A DNA stretch of 64,000 nt from Mobula birostris (GCF_030028105.1 NC_092374.1:176972057-177036056), one strand, 5' to 3'. Counted from the first letter of the stretch, positions 10,501 through 22,279 are shown. Numbers and translations are program-made. The notes: generated by a model from the sequence alone, not told the origin.

Positions 10501-13500
10501 ACCCTTTGTTTGCTGTTTCTAAGTGGTTTGATCAGCGTGCATCAGTGCGCACTGGGCACTTCAGCAAAGACTGATTCTGCAGCCTGCATTTGGCTAGTGG
10601 CAAGGCACTGAACTAAACTGAGTACATCTAGACTTGATAAAACCATAAGATATAGAAGCAGAATGGGGCCATTTGGCCCATTGAGTCTGCTCCGCCATTT
10701 CATCATGCTGGTCCATTATCCCTCACAGCTCCAATGTCCTGCCTTCTCCCTGTATCCCTTCATGTCGTGACTATACAGAATCTATCAATCTCTGCTTTAA
10801 ATATACTAAAGATGTGGCCTCCACAGCTACCAAGTTGCCTGTAACAACAAATTCCACAGATGTACTGCTCTCTGGCTAAAGAAATACTTCCTGATCTCCA
10901 TCTTAAGAGGATGCTCCTCTACCCGGAGTGTCACAGAAATTTACTATTGCTGATTAAACAAGGACACAGACCCCAGTATTCAGTTTAATTACTTACTTAC
11001 ATGACCATGGAGAGCCCACTAAAAGGCTCTGCTAAAGTGAGCACAAGCATGGTCTTTTACACCTTAAAATACATGCAATTCAGCAGTTCTCAGGAGTCAG
11101 GAGTTCCTGCATAGACCTTATTGACAAGATTCAGGATGCTTCCATACCTTACACAAACTTAGATACTCTACACTCAGCCCCCTTCTTCCAGATCGTTAAC
11201 ATATATCGTAAACAGTTGCAGGCCCAGCACAGACTCCAGTGGCACATCACTCACCACTGACTGCCAACCAGGGAAACACCCAGGCATCCCAACTCTCTTC
11301 TTTCTATTAGTCAACCAATCCTCTATCCCTATTGTTCTATTTTGGTAAATTATCACCAAAGCCTCTGCTATAACTTCTGCCATTTCTTTCAGTACCCTGG
11401 GACTTATCTATCTTCCGGCCCACACGTTTGCTCAGCACTACCTCTTTAGTGATAGCTATTGTATCAGGTTCTTGCCTCCCATTGCATCCATAACATCTGT
11501 CTTTGGCATGTTAGACGTGTCCTCCACCTCCACTGTGAAGACCGACACAACGTAGATCTAAAGCCTCTGCCATTTCCTCATTCCCCAATATTAATTCCCC
11601 TTCTCGTCTTCCAAGGGACTGATGTTCACTTAAGCCACCCTTTTCTGCTTTATATAATTATAACTTTCACAATCTGTTTTTATATTTTGTACTAGTTTAT
11701 TTTCATAGTCTATCTTCCCTTCCTCCAATGCTCGTTCAGTGGTTCTATGTTGCTTTTTAATGTTTTCTCAATCTTGCATTTTCCCACTTCTCTTGGCAAA
11801 TTTGTACAAACGAGCTTTTAGTTTGATGCTTTCTTTCATTTCCCACCCTTGCTTACTTACTTGCTCCCCACTTTTAACTGGAACATACTTCTGTTGAACA
11901 CCGTGAAAAATCTCTTTTAAAGTCTTCCACTGTTCCTCAACCGTCCCGCCATGTGGTCTGTGTTCCCAGTCTACACAAGCCAAGTCCTCCCTCATCCCAT
12001 TGTAGTCTCCACTGTTTAGGCATACAGTAATACACTAGTTTTCTATCGAACTATTGCACCCTCCATTTGTACGAGAAACTCAATCACACTGTGATCACTC
12101 TTTCCAAGAGGATCCCTAACTACAAGATCACTTATTTTACCTGATCATTGCACAGGACCGGATCTAAGATTTGTAGGTTTAGTGACATGCTGTTCAAGAA
12201 AGCCATCATGGATGCATTCTATGAAATCCTCCTTAAGACTGCCTTCATCAACTTGATTCACCCAATCTATACCCAAGTTAAAGTCCCCCACGATAACCTC
12301 TGTTCCATTCTTACATGCCACAGATATTTGTCTGTTGATTGCCTGTGCCACCATAATGTTATAATTCAGTGGTCGATAGACAACTTCTACCAGTGATTTT
12401 TTCCCTTTTCTATTCCTGATCTCTACCCAGATGGATTCAAAATTCTGCTCATTAGATCTTATATCGTCTTTCACGATCACCCTGATCTCATCCTTAATTA
12501 AGACCGCTAACCCACCTCCCTTACATTCTTGTCTATCCTTCCATATTACTTGATATTCTTGGATATTCACTTCCCAATCCTCTCCACCCTGCAACCACAA
12601 TTCTGTAATGCCCTTGAAATCATACATCTTTGTAGTGATTTGTGCCAAAAGTTCACTGACCTTATTTTGAATACTACGGGCATTCAGATAAAGTGCCATT
12701 TCACTCATTGTGCTTTTAAAATCTTGTAATCTTTTTCTCTTTTGCACTTGTCTTTTCTTTACTCCACCCTTACTTTTCTCTTTTTTATCTTTTGATTTTT
12801 CATTATCTTTTTCCACAGTTTTCTCTTTTACTTTATCTATACATTTCTAATCTGTTGAACGCATTTCCCCTACTAAACCCATCCCCTACAATTTAGTTTA
12901 AAGCCCTATGCACAGACCTGGTTATGCGATTCACGAGCATCCAGGTCCCATCACAGTTCAGCTGGAGCCTGTCCCATTGGTACAGCTCCCTCCTTCCCCA
13001 ACATTGGTGCCAATTTCCTATGAAATCAAGCCTACTCCTCCCACACCAATCCTTCAGCCATGCATATAACTCTCTAATCTTCTAAACCCCATGCCAGTTT
13101 GCTCATGGCTCAGTAGTAATCCAGAGATTACCACCTTTTCTGTTCTGCTTTTTAATTTGGTCCCTAGTTGCTCAAATTCACTCAGTAGAACCTCTCTCCT
13201 TGTTCTACCTATGTCACAACTTGTCAAAGGCCTTCTGAAAGTCCAAGTACACAACATCCACTGATTCTCCTTTGTCTATCCAGCTTGTTATTTTTTCAAA
13301 GAATTCCAACATGCCGACTACGTCCTATTTTATCATGTGCCTCCAAGTACCCCAAAATCCCATGTTGAACAATCAACTCCAAACAACTGAGGTCAGACGA
13401 AATGGCCTATGATTTCCTTGCTTCTGTGTCTCTCCCTGCTTGAAGACTGGAGAGATATTTGCAATTTTCCAATATTCCAGAACCATTCCAGAATCTAAAG

Positions 13501-16500
13501 ATTCTTGAAAGATTATCACTAATGCCTCCATAATCTTTTCAGCCACCTCTTGCAGAATCTTAGCAGGTACACCATCTGTCCAGGTGACCTAAAGACCCTT
13601 CATTTTCCCAAGAAACATCTGTCTAGTAATGGCAACTTAACACACACCTGCTCCCCTGACACTCTCAAGCTTCCAGCATACTGCTAGTGCCTTCCTCATT
13701 TCATCCACTATTTCGTTGCCCCCGTTACTACATCTCCAGCATCATTTTACAGCAGTCCGAAATCCAATCTCACCTCTCTTTGACACTTCATCTATCCGTA
13801 CAAACTTTTTGCATCCTCTTTATTATTGGCTAGCTTACTCTCATATTCCATCTTATCCTTCTTAATGATTTTTTCAGTTGCCTTCTGCTGGGTTTTAAAA
13901 GTTTCCCAATTCTCTAACTTCCCACTAATTTTTGCTCCATTATATGCCATCTCTTTGGCTTTTATGTTGGGTTTGACTTCTCGTTAGCCACCCACCTTGT
14001 GTCATCTCACCTTTAGAATACATCTTCCTCTATTGGTTGTACATACCCTGCGCCTTCTGAATTGCTTCCAGAAACTCCATCCATTTATGTTCTGCCACCA
14101 TCCCTTTCAGTGTTATTTTCAAATCAATTCTGGCCAGCTCCTCTCTCATGCCTCTGTAATTATCTTTACTCCACTGTAATCCTGATACATCTGACTTTAG
14201 CTCTCCTTCTCAAATTGCATGGTGAATTCTATTATATTATGATCACTTACCCCTAAGAATACCTTTATCTTAAGCTCTCTAAACAATTCTGGTTCATTGC
14301 ACAACACTCAATCCAGAATAGCTGATACCCCAGTGGACTCAACCATGAGCTGCTTTAAAAAGCCATCCCGCAAGCATTATAGTAATTCCACTTCTTGGGA
14401 TCCAACACAAAACTGATTTTTCCAATCTACCTGCATATTTAAATTCCCCACGACTATTGTAACATTACCCATTTGGCATGCATTTTCTATCTCCCATTGT
14501 AATTTGTAGACCACATCCTTACTACAGTTTAGGGGTCTGTATATAACTCACATCAGTGTCTTTTTACCCTTGAAGTTCCTTAGCTCTACCCACAATGATT
14601 CAATATCCTCTGACCCTACATCACCTTTCTAATAATTTGATTTCATTTTTTACCAACAGAGCAATGCCTCCACATCTCCCTACCCTTTTGATACAATGTG
14701 TATCCTCAAATGCAAATACAAACAAAATCATAAATGCCAGTCTGTAATTGTGCTACAAGTTCATCAACCTTATTCTGTATACTGCACACATTCAAATATA
14801 ACATCTTTAGTCCGGTATTCACCATTTTTGATTTTGTCCACTTTTTACATTGCAACTCATCCTGTTGATTACAATTGTGCTCTATCATCAGCCTCTCCTT
14901 GCTAGGAGTCCCATTACACACTGCCTCCATTTGTAAACCAACTACCTCATCCTCAGCACTATCACTCAGGCTCCTATCCCCATGTCAAATTAGTTTAATC
15001 CCTCCTGAACAACTCTAGCAAACCTGCATGCAAGGATATTGTGCCCCCTTGGGTTCAGGTGTAACCTGTCCCTTTTGTACAGGCCATACCCAGAAGAGAA
15101 CCCCTGCCCTCTCCACTAATTCGTTGGCCACACATACACCTGCCAAATCATACTATTCTTACCCTCACTGGCACGTGGCACGGGCAGAAATCCAGTGATT
15201 ACTACACTGGGGTCCTGTTTTACAGCTTTCTACACAGCTCCCTCAAATCTCTCTTCAGGACCTCCTCAACTTATCAACCCATCTCATTGGTGCCAAGATG
15301 CACCAAGATTTCTGACTGCTCACCCTCCCTCCTGAAAATGCAATGGACCTGATCCGAGACATCCGTGATCCAGGCAACTGGGAGGCAACATACCACCTGG
15401 GTGTCTCCATCGTGCCCACAGAATCTTGTCTCTGTTCTTCTGCCTATGGAATCTCCTAACAACACTGCAGTCTTCTTCACCTCTCTGCTCTTCTGAGCCA
15501 CAGCATCAGATTCAGTGCCAGAGAGGAGGTCACTGTGGTTACCCCCGGTAGGTTGTCCCCCTCAACAGTATCTAAAGTGGTACATTTATATTGAGGGGTA
15601 TGACCACAGGTGTACTCTGCACTGGCTGAGCATCTCCCCTCCTTCTCCTGACAGTCACCTATTTACCAATCTCCTGCAACCTACGGTGACTACTTCCCTG
15701 TAGCTCCTATCTATCACTTCCTCTTTCTCCCATATGAAGCTAAGGTCAGTGAGCTGCAGCTCCAGTTCCTTAACACATTCTCTGAGGAGCCGCAGCTTGA
15801 CGAACCTGGTGCAGATGTGTTTATCCGAGAGACTGGATGTCTCCCAGAATACTCACATCTCACACACAGTATGAGACACTGCCCCTGGAGTCATTCTCAC
15901 TACACTATGATGCCCTAACAGATAAGGAATGGACAATTAAGAACAAAAATACCCCTGCTTGGATGTTTGATATTCTCTGTGTTGCTAGCTCACTTTTTGC
16001 TGTTTGTTCAATCTGTTCTCTCTCTGCATGTTGGGTGTTTGATATTTTCTTTGAACGAGTTCCTTGGTGCCTCTTTGTTCCTTTGCTGCATCAGAGGATA
16101 AACCTCAGAGTTGTATTTTGTATAAACAATTTGGAAATTAATCTACTTTGAATCTTTGAGTGAGGGCGCTCCCAAATGGAGACATTGACTGATCTCCCGG
16201 TCTGGGGCAGTGAGGGACCTTCTGATCACCGCTGCTGTGCTGAGGTCATTCTCCATCTTGCAGTTTGAGGATGATCTAAATTTGGGATATTGCATGACAG
16301 TTGGACTGGGAACAGTGCCTGTGACCTTGATATGGACCTGTCCGATGAATGAACGTATTCTCTGTCTGTAGTCTGCATGAGCTTAGGCTGGGGAGGCTGA
16401 TTTGAGATTAGATGGTGAGTGTAATAGTGAGGCAGATCAGGTTCTGAGGCAGTGAAGGATGTGAGAGTAATCCCAACATTGAACACTGTAACTTCAGTCT

Positions 16501-19253
16501 GTAACGATAAGGTAACATCAGCCTGTGTTGAGGTGGTGACATAATTTTTCATTCTTCCCCAGTTACTCCAGAGGTTCAGGTGTTGACAAGGAGGCCAACA
16601 GCTACTGAAGGCGAGAGTCTCTCGTGCATCATCAGTCCCTTCTACCCTCGTGCTATCAACGCCACTTGGCTGAAGAATGGGCAGGTTGTCTCTGAGGGCT
16701 ACAAGGTGACGGTGCTACCAAACTACAATGATACATACTGGATGGAACTAGTCATTGAGCTGCAGGGCAACGACCCAAACATCTGTACTTGTCATGTCGA
16801 ATACAGCAGCCTGCCAAAGGCCCTGATGGTGAAGGGAGGTAGGTCATCGTACTGTACAGAATTTGCTTCATTCTGCCTGTGGTGGCTCATGGACTCATGC
16901 AGCAGAGAAGGAGGCTCTTCAGCCTGTCTGATTCATGCAAACCCTCTAGTTCTGAAAAACACTTGGCCCGTCCCCTTCGTTAACTTGATGATTCAACTGC
17001 TCATCTAGGAACGTCTTGAAAATTATGACGGTTTCTGCCTCCACTATCTCCTCAGGCAGTCTATTCCCAACTCCAACACCCCCTTGATGAAAGTATGCTT
17101 CTGTAGATTCCCTATAAACCTCTTAGTCATTATCTTAAACCTACCTCGAGTTATAGGCACCTTTATCATGGGGAAGGGTTTACTACTGTTCAGGCAAACA
17201 CATGAAGTGAAAGCATAAACTGCAGCAAGTAAAACCTGTAGCACTCTTCAGAATCAGAATCAGGTTTATTGTTGCTGGCATCTGTTGTGAAATTTGTTAA
17301 CTTAGCAGCAGCAGAACAATGCAATGCATGATAATATAGAAAAAATATAAAACAAGTAAGTAAATCAACTACAGTAATTATATATATGTATATTGAACAG
17401 ATTTTTAAGTAGTGCAAAAACAGAAATAATATATATTTTAAAAAAATCTTCCAACATTTTCTTTGTATTTCCTATCTACACCCCTAATAATTCTGTATAA
17501 CTCCATCAGGTCCACCCTCAGTCTCCTCCCATCTAAAGAAAACAAAACCAGCGTATCCATTCTCTCTTCCCATTTCATCTGAGCCACATTCCGGCGAATC
17601 TCCTCTGCACTCTGTCCAATGCAATCACATCTCTCCTCTGCTCTGGTGACCAGAACTGTAAACAATACTCAGAACGTAGCCTCACTGATGTTTTATAAAG
17701 CTGTACCATAATTTCCATGCCCTTGTATTCTATGCACTGATAATTGGCATCTCATACACTTCCTTCACCACCCTATTTACCTCTTTGAAAGACCTAATCA
17801 AGAATCTCCACCATAAAGCTGCACCATAAGTTCCCTTCTCTTGAATTCTGTGCCTTGATCAATGAAATCCAGCATCCTGTAGGCTATCTTCACCACCTTG
17901 TGCTCTACTTTGAACGACTTGCTCAAGTAGCCCCACTCCTTTTCACACACCTCTGAAAATTTCTTAATTCCAAGAACATATCCCATTTCCATTTTGGAAG
18001 TTATTATTTACCGTGCTCTTTTATCACTCGAATTAAATCTGTTCCTTCTGCTCACCAGATGTTACAGAAGCAGTTGAGCTGTTGGTCAAAGAAATATAGT
18101 AAGAACTCAACAGAAAGAACAACTAAGAAGCAATTGGGACTGTGGGGAAGACCTGACTGTCAAGTGGTCACTGTCTGGCTGTTGGGTGTTTGATTGTCAT
18201 AGATTCGTAGAATAATGCAGCAGAGAAATAGACCCTTCAGCCCAACACGCCTTTGTCAATCAAGATTTGCATTCAAAGAAGTCCCATTTATCCTGGCCCA
18301 TATATCCCTAAACCCTTTAGACTCATGTACTGGTGGATGTATCTTTTAAAAGATGGTAACTTGTCTGCCTCAACCACTTCATCTGGCACCCATAAATTGA
18401 CCACCATGTTGCCATTCAGGTTCCTGTTACATTTTTTCTCTCTTAACTTAAACCTATACCATCAGGGGCCTAGAAAAATTATTGTGCACTCTCTCTATGC
18501 CCCTCAAAATTTTATATACCTCTCTCTATAACTCAGCTCCCTACACTCCAGCGAAAATAATCCCAGCCTAAATTGTCTCTCCTTATTTCTCAAGTATTCC
18601 ATTCCTGGCACCATCCTTGTGAATCTCCTCTGCATCCTTTCCATCCTAATGACATCCTTCCTTCCTCAAAACACTTTCCATTCTCTTATCCTCCAAAATA
18701 TAAGATACTACCCACCCAGGACTACCCTCCCCCGCACCACCCCCCCCCCCCCGCCCCCACCCCTCCGCTTCTCCCAGCTCCCCAGCTCCCATCAGGCACA
18801 GATACAAAAGCCTGAAAGCGTGTACTACTATGATCAATGAACTCTTCTGTCTTTCTCCTGTGAGAAAATTGAGTGGTCCCCAAACATAGTAAGATAGGCA
18901 TCTGACCTCACAATCTAACTTTTAATGGTCTTGCACCTTATTGCCAGCTAGCACCACACATCCTCTGTAAAATTAATACATTACTCTGCATTCTGTTATT
19001 GTTTTCCCTTGTACAACCTTAATATCCTGATTTAGTGATTTGTATGGACAGAATGCAAAACATGTATTTCCACTGTACCTGGTAACTGGTGACAATAATA
19101 AAATAATTTATACATTTACCGATCTTTACTTGGTGGACAGGAGTTGGTGAGCCCCATGGTGCAGGTCCTATGTTGGGGCTGATGACTGTGTTTGCGATAA
19201 TCTCTGGAGTGATGTAGAGGTGCAGCAAGGAGAGAACCAAGGCATCACTGGAG
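7253..19253 (+). CDS. Non-classical MHC class I-like heavy chain gene A (spliced alpha1-alpha2-alpha3-hydrophobic C-terminus; leader exon not found)
   Basis: Four open exons (249, 261, 276, 113 nt), all joined in phase 1, with AG acceptors and GT/GC donors. The translation has class I hallmarks: GSHSL.Y start, W51/W60 equivalents, Q96, GC101...C164, GKEALER end of alpha2, and an Ig C1 set domain (C..FYP..I...W...C.V). A full paralog lies on the minus strand. Confidence 0.9.
7950..8390 (-). mobile_element. CR1 LINE 3' fragment
   Basis: GAACATAGAAC tail; ORF 8233..8517 contains ALEKVQKMLTRC..LD. Confidence 0.7.
8794..8848. repeat. (GTA)n microsatellite, imperfect
   Basis: Direct reading; abuts the 3' tail of a minus-strand LINE. 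Confidence 0.9.
8850..9330 (-). mobile_element. Rex1/Babar-like LINE 3' fragment
   Basis: Tail CTTTATTGATCCCGGGGGAAATT; degenerate LLPLGRRDRGLRT..PRLQ motif. Confidence 0.65.
9614..9874 (+). CDS. Gene A exon: MHC class I alpha2 domain (GC donor)
   Basis: Acceptor ttacAG at 9612-9613. Encodes GISYIQACWGCTQSGDTVNAILKINFPDIGELSCDLNTLKCTGTGFLAMLNNHLSQLSFTDMTALKSNCTWYLQRAVQLGKEALERQ. Ends CAAG|GCAAGT at 9875. Confidence 0.88.
10201..16160. mobile_element. Nested insertion stack in the gene A alpha2-alpha3 intron: non-autonomous retroelement (10201-10635 + 15945-16160) split by several minus-strand CR1 pieces (10640-15940)
   Basis: CR1 ORFs 11174..11383, 11768..11995, 12145..12816 (LYLNARSIQNK), 13054..13257, 14706..14930 and 15274..15501 (LLGDS...HLGTNE esterase). 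The host element ends in a CTTTGAATCTTTGA tail at 16146-16160. Confidence 0.75.
16563..16838 (+). CDS. Gene A exon: alpha3 Ig C1-set domain
   Basis: Acceptor ttccccAG at 16561-16562. Encodes VTPEVQVLTRRPTATEGESLSCIISPFYPRAINATWLKNGQVVSEGYKVTVLPNYNDTYWMELVIELQGNDPNICTCHVEYSSLPKALMVKG. Donor G|GTAGGT at 16839. Confidence 0.92.
17245..18000 (-). mobile_element. LINE 3' tail (17245-17435) plus old CR1 fragment (17440-18000) shared with gene B intron (38250-39100)
   Basis: GAATCAGAATCAGGTTTATT tail. The stretch GAATACAAG...GGAAATTATGGTACAGCTTTA occurs in the same relative orientation in both paralogs. Confidence 0.6.
19141..19253 (+). CDS. Gene A terminal coding exon: linker + hydrophobic C-terminus, stop TAG at 19215-19217
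   Basis: Acceptor AG at 19139-19140. Encodes GVGEPHGAGPMLGLMTVFAIISGVM*. Donor GAG|GTGGGT at 19254. Same 113-nt size and same stop position as the gene B exon. Confidence 0.8.
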
Positions 19254-19343
19254 GTGGGTAAACATACAGATGCCTTTGTTAAACCTGCTTGCTGTGACAG
19301 TATTAGACTGTACATTCAATCTCCTCTCTTTTCTCCTTTGCAG

Positions 19344-20520
19344 ATCAGCATTTGGCTCTAACTCAAGCACAGTTCTGAACACAGGGTGCAGCTTCAAACA
19401 GGTTTTTTTGATGAGTGACCACACACCTCAGCAAGCTTAGTCAGGATCAGAATCAGATTTAATATCACTGGCATAGATTGGGAGATTTGTTAATTTTACG
19501 GCAGCAGTACAATGAAATTTACAATAAATTAAAAACTGGGTTATATAAAGTATATATATATGGCTGTTAATTTAAAATAAGTAGTGCAAAATAACAAATA
19601 AAAAAAGTAGGAAGTGGTGTTCATGGGTTCAATGTCCATTGATAAATCGGCTGGCAGAGGGGAAGAAGCTGTGCCTTCAGGCTTCTGTACCTCCTCCCTG
19701 ATGGCTCCAGTGTGAAGGGGGCATGTCCTGGGTGGTGGTGGATGTAGCCTTCCTAAGGCATCGCTCCTTGAAGATATTTTGGATAGTATGGAGGCTGGTA
19801 CCCCTGATAGATCTGACTAATTTTACAAGTTTCTGCAATTTATTTCAATCTTGTCCAGTTGTCCCTCAAAACAGATGGTGATGAAAGCAGTCAGAATGCT
19901 CTCCATCGTACATTTGTTAAAGTTTTCGAGTGTTTTAGTTGACCTACAAAATCACCTCAACCTCCCAATGAAATACAGCCGCTGTCTTGGCTTCTTTATA
20001 GCTGCATCCTCAGAGATGTTGACACCCAGGAACTTGAAATTGCTCATTCTCTCCACTTCTGAACCCTCTATGAAGATAGGTTTAGTGTTGCATCCACTGT
20101 GGGAACTTGCTGGCTGAATCTTCTGCTGCTTTGACCAACTCCCGTTTAGCTATGTTTTAAATTTTTTCTTTCATCTGAGAAAGATTTCAAGTTTCAGTCT
20201 TGCAGTGCACTGACATTTGACACTCATTTGTAAGGTCCCTCTCCAGTCCTAATTCCACCACAAATGCCATATGTCAAATCATTGCCCTGAAGTATGAATG
20301 CCTGTTTTGAACACTGGACAGCCAAGAGTAATTCTTTTCTTCATTGGAGATTGGCAGGGTCCAACATTTAGTTTATAATATGAGCAGAAACTCTGGGATA
20401 CTGTGGCAATTTGGTGAATGAGAGAGTACAAAATTTGAGGATTATACAATGGAATGAATATGGTTACTTTCCCTGTTGTATGGTTGGGCAAACTCATATT
20501 GTTTTCTCTGGATTAAAGGT
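19344..20520 (+). other. Gene A downstream (3' UTR) exon, interrupted by a LINE at 19442-20081; 3' end not determined
   Basis: Strong acceptor ctcttttctcctttgcAG at 19342-19343 after a 90-nt intron. The sequence aligns by eye with gene B 36967-36370 on both sides of the LINE insertion. Confidence 0.55.
19442..20081 (-). mobile_element. 5'-truncated Rex1/Babar-like LINE in the gene A 3' UTR, with 5-bp TSD TTAGT
   Basis: TTAGT at 19437-19441 and 20082-20086. The paralog shows the empty site GCAAGCTTAGTGTTG. Confidence 0.85.
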
Positions 20521-21179
20521 TGAGGGCAGACCTGATAGAGATTTATATAATCCTGAGAGACAAAAAGAGATGGGATAGTCAGTTTCTTCCACAGACTAGA
20601 AATGTCAGATATTAAATTCACCAATCACACAGTAAAAAAAAAACTTACTTCTGACATCCCTCTATAGTTTCTTCTAATCATCGTCAAATTATTCCCCCTC
20701 ATATTGGCCATTTCCACCATGGGAAAACTCTGGCTATCCACTCAATCTATTTTTCTTATGCTTCTTACAGTCTTTATATCTCTGTCAAGTCACCTCTCAT
20801 CCTCCTTTGCTCCAAAGAGAAAAGCCCTAGCTCACTGAACATATCTTCATAAGACATACTCACTAATCCAGGCAGCATCCTGGTTATTCTCCACTGCACC
20901 CTATCTAAAGCTTCTACATCCTTCCTATAATGAAGTGGCCGAAAATGAACACAATAATGAGATTATAATCCATGATCAGCACAGCCCCTCCAAAGATGCA
21001 GACATGTGATCCCGCAGCGTTTTCCCAAGACTGAGTCTCTAAACATGCACCCTCCAGGGGCACAATGCTCCCAAGCATTGCACCTTCGACACTATAGCAG
21101 CCCCTCAGCAATGGTCCTTCTTCAGATAATCCACTTCTTAAAGTGAATCAGAACCTTAGTTACAACAGTGGAGAGTGGC

Positions 21180-21540
21180 ACAACCTCTCCAGTTGCACAG
21201 TGCTCCCCTTGCACTGTCTCTCAACAGAACAGTTCTCCCTCAATATTCCTCTTTGAGTGCTTCCTTAAAATTAATCTTTGCAGTAGCACAGTCCCTCAGT
21301 ATCTCCCTTTAACTGTCTCAGTGCACACCTCTGCTGTTACAGCACTTCCTTGGAATGTCCTGTTACAGTGGAGCACTTGCTTAGTATTACGCTTTCAAAT
21401 GGTATAATGTTTCCTCAGTCCTGCCCCCCTGACAGGGTAATATTGCCAGCTGACAATGCAACACTCCCTCAACAGTGGCCTCTGCGTGCAGCATTCTTAG
21501 GACTGAGCCCAGCAGTGCAGCACTTATTGGAAAATGTAAA
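21180..21540. repeat. Degenerate tandem-like repeat (CAGTGCAGCACTCCCTCAGTA-type motif)
   Basis: Recurring CAGTGCTCCCC / CAGTTCTCCCTCA / CAGTCCCTCAGTA / CAACACTCCCTCA variants. Confidence 0.45.
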
Positions 21541-22279
21541 TGTATGCATTGTATTTTCTATGTATTACAGTATTTACTCAATAGTATTTCAGTATTTACT
21601 CAAATGCACACATTGTATTTTCTATATTTACTATGTAACCACTGCTAGCTCAATAGAAGGTATTCACTACGTAGCCATGACTTTTGACCTGTTCACTATT
21701 AATTCATGAAGAGAACTAGAATGAAAGATAACAGTGGCAAGTAAGGTAATGAAATATGTGGCAGTATGTCAACACAAGACTAATTAAGAAATAACTGTGG
21801 TTAGGGATGAGAGGACACATGGTCTAAAATGTAAACTAGGCCATAATTAAGTTGGGGAGCAAAACAATAGTGGAAAGTCGAGAGCGGATATATTGATGAT
21901 ATGTAATCACAGGCCGATTGGATATGATAATGTAGCTAAGATAGGAAATTGCTATTAAAAAATGCTGTGTACAAGCCTCTATGGGCAGTCAGCTACTAGC
22001 TTTCTGATTGTCTCAGCTTTGATTTGCAAATTAAAGTTTAAAACATCTTGACGAGTTTTCTGCGTCTCCTTGTCATTTGTGAGAAACGAGAAACCACGAC
22101 ACACTCCGGCTGTTGCCCTCTGTCCGTACATTGATGACTCAGCACAGAAGATGCTGCATTCCATACTATTGTTCCTCCTATGTTGCACAGCTTCACGACA
22201 AAGATACCACACGGATCATGAATGAATTCCATTCCTGAGAAGTGCACATGAAGAGGGTCACAGACCTGCTGTGAGAGTA

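Noticed and set aside
10929-11172. 244-bp TGT...ACA segment as a solo LTR
   Set aside because: LTR-like ends and an ATTAAA on the minus strand are present, but the flanks (GGAG / CTCA) give no TSD, so it is not called.
18738-18772. Poly-C/G-rich tract as a functional G-quadruplex element
   Set aside because: It is low-complexity sequence at a TE junction and is not conserved in the gene B intron.
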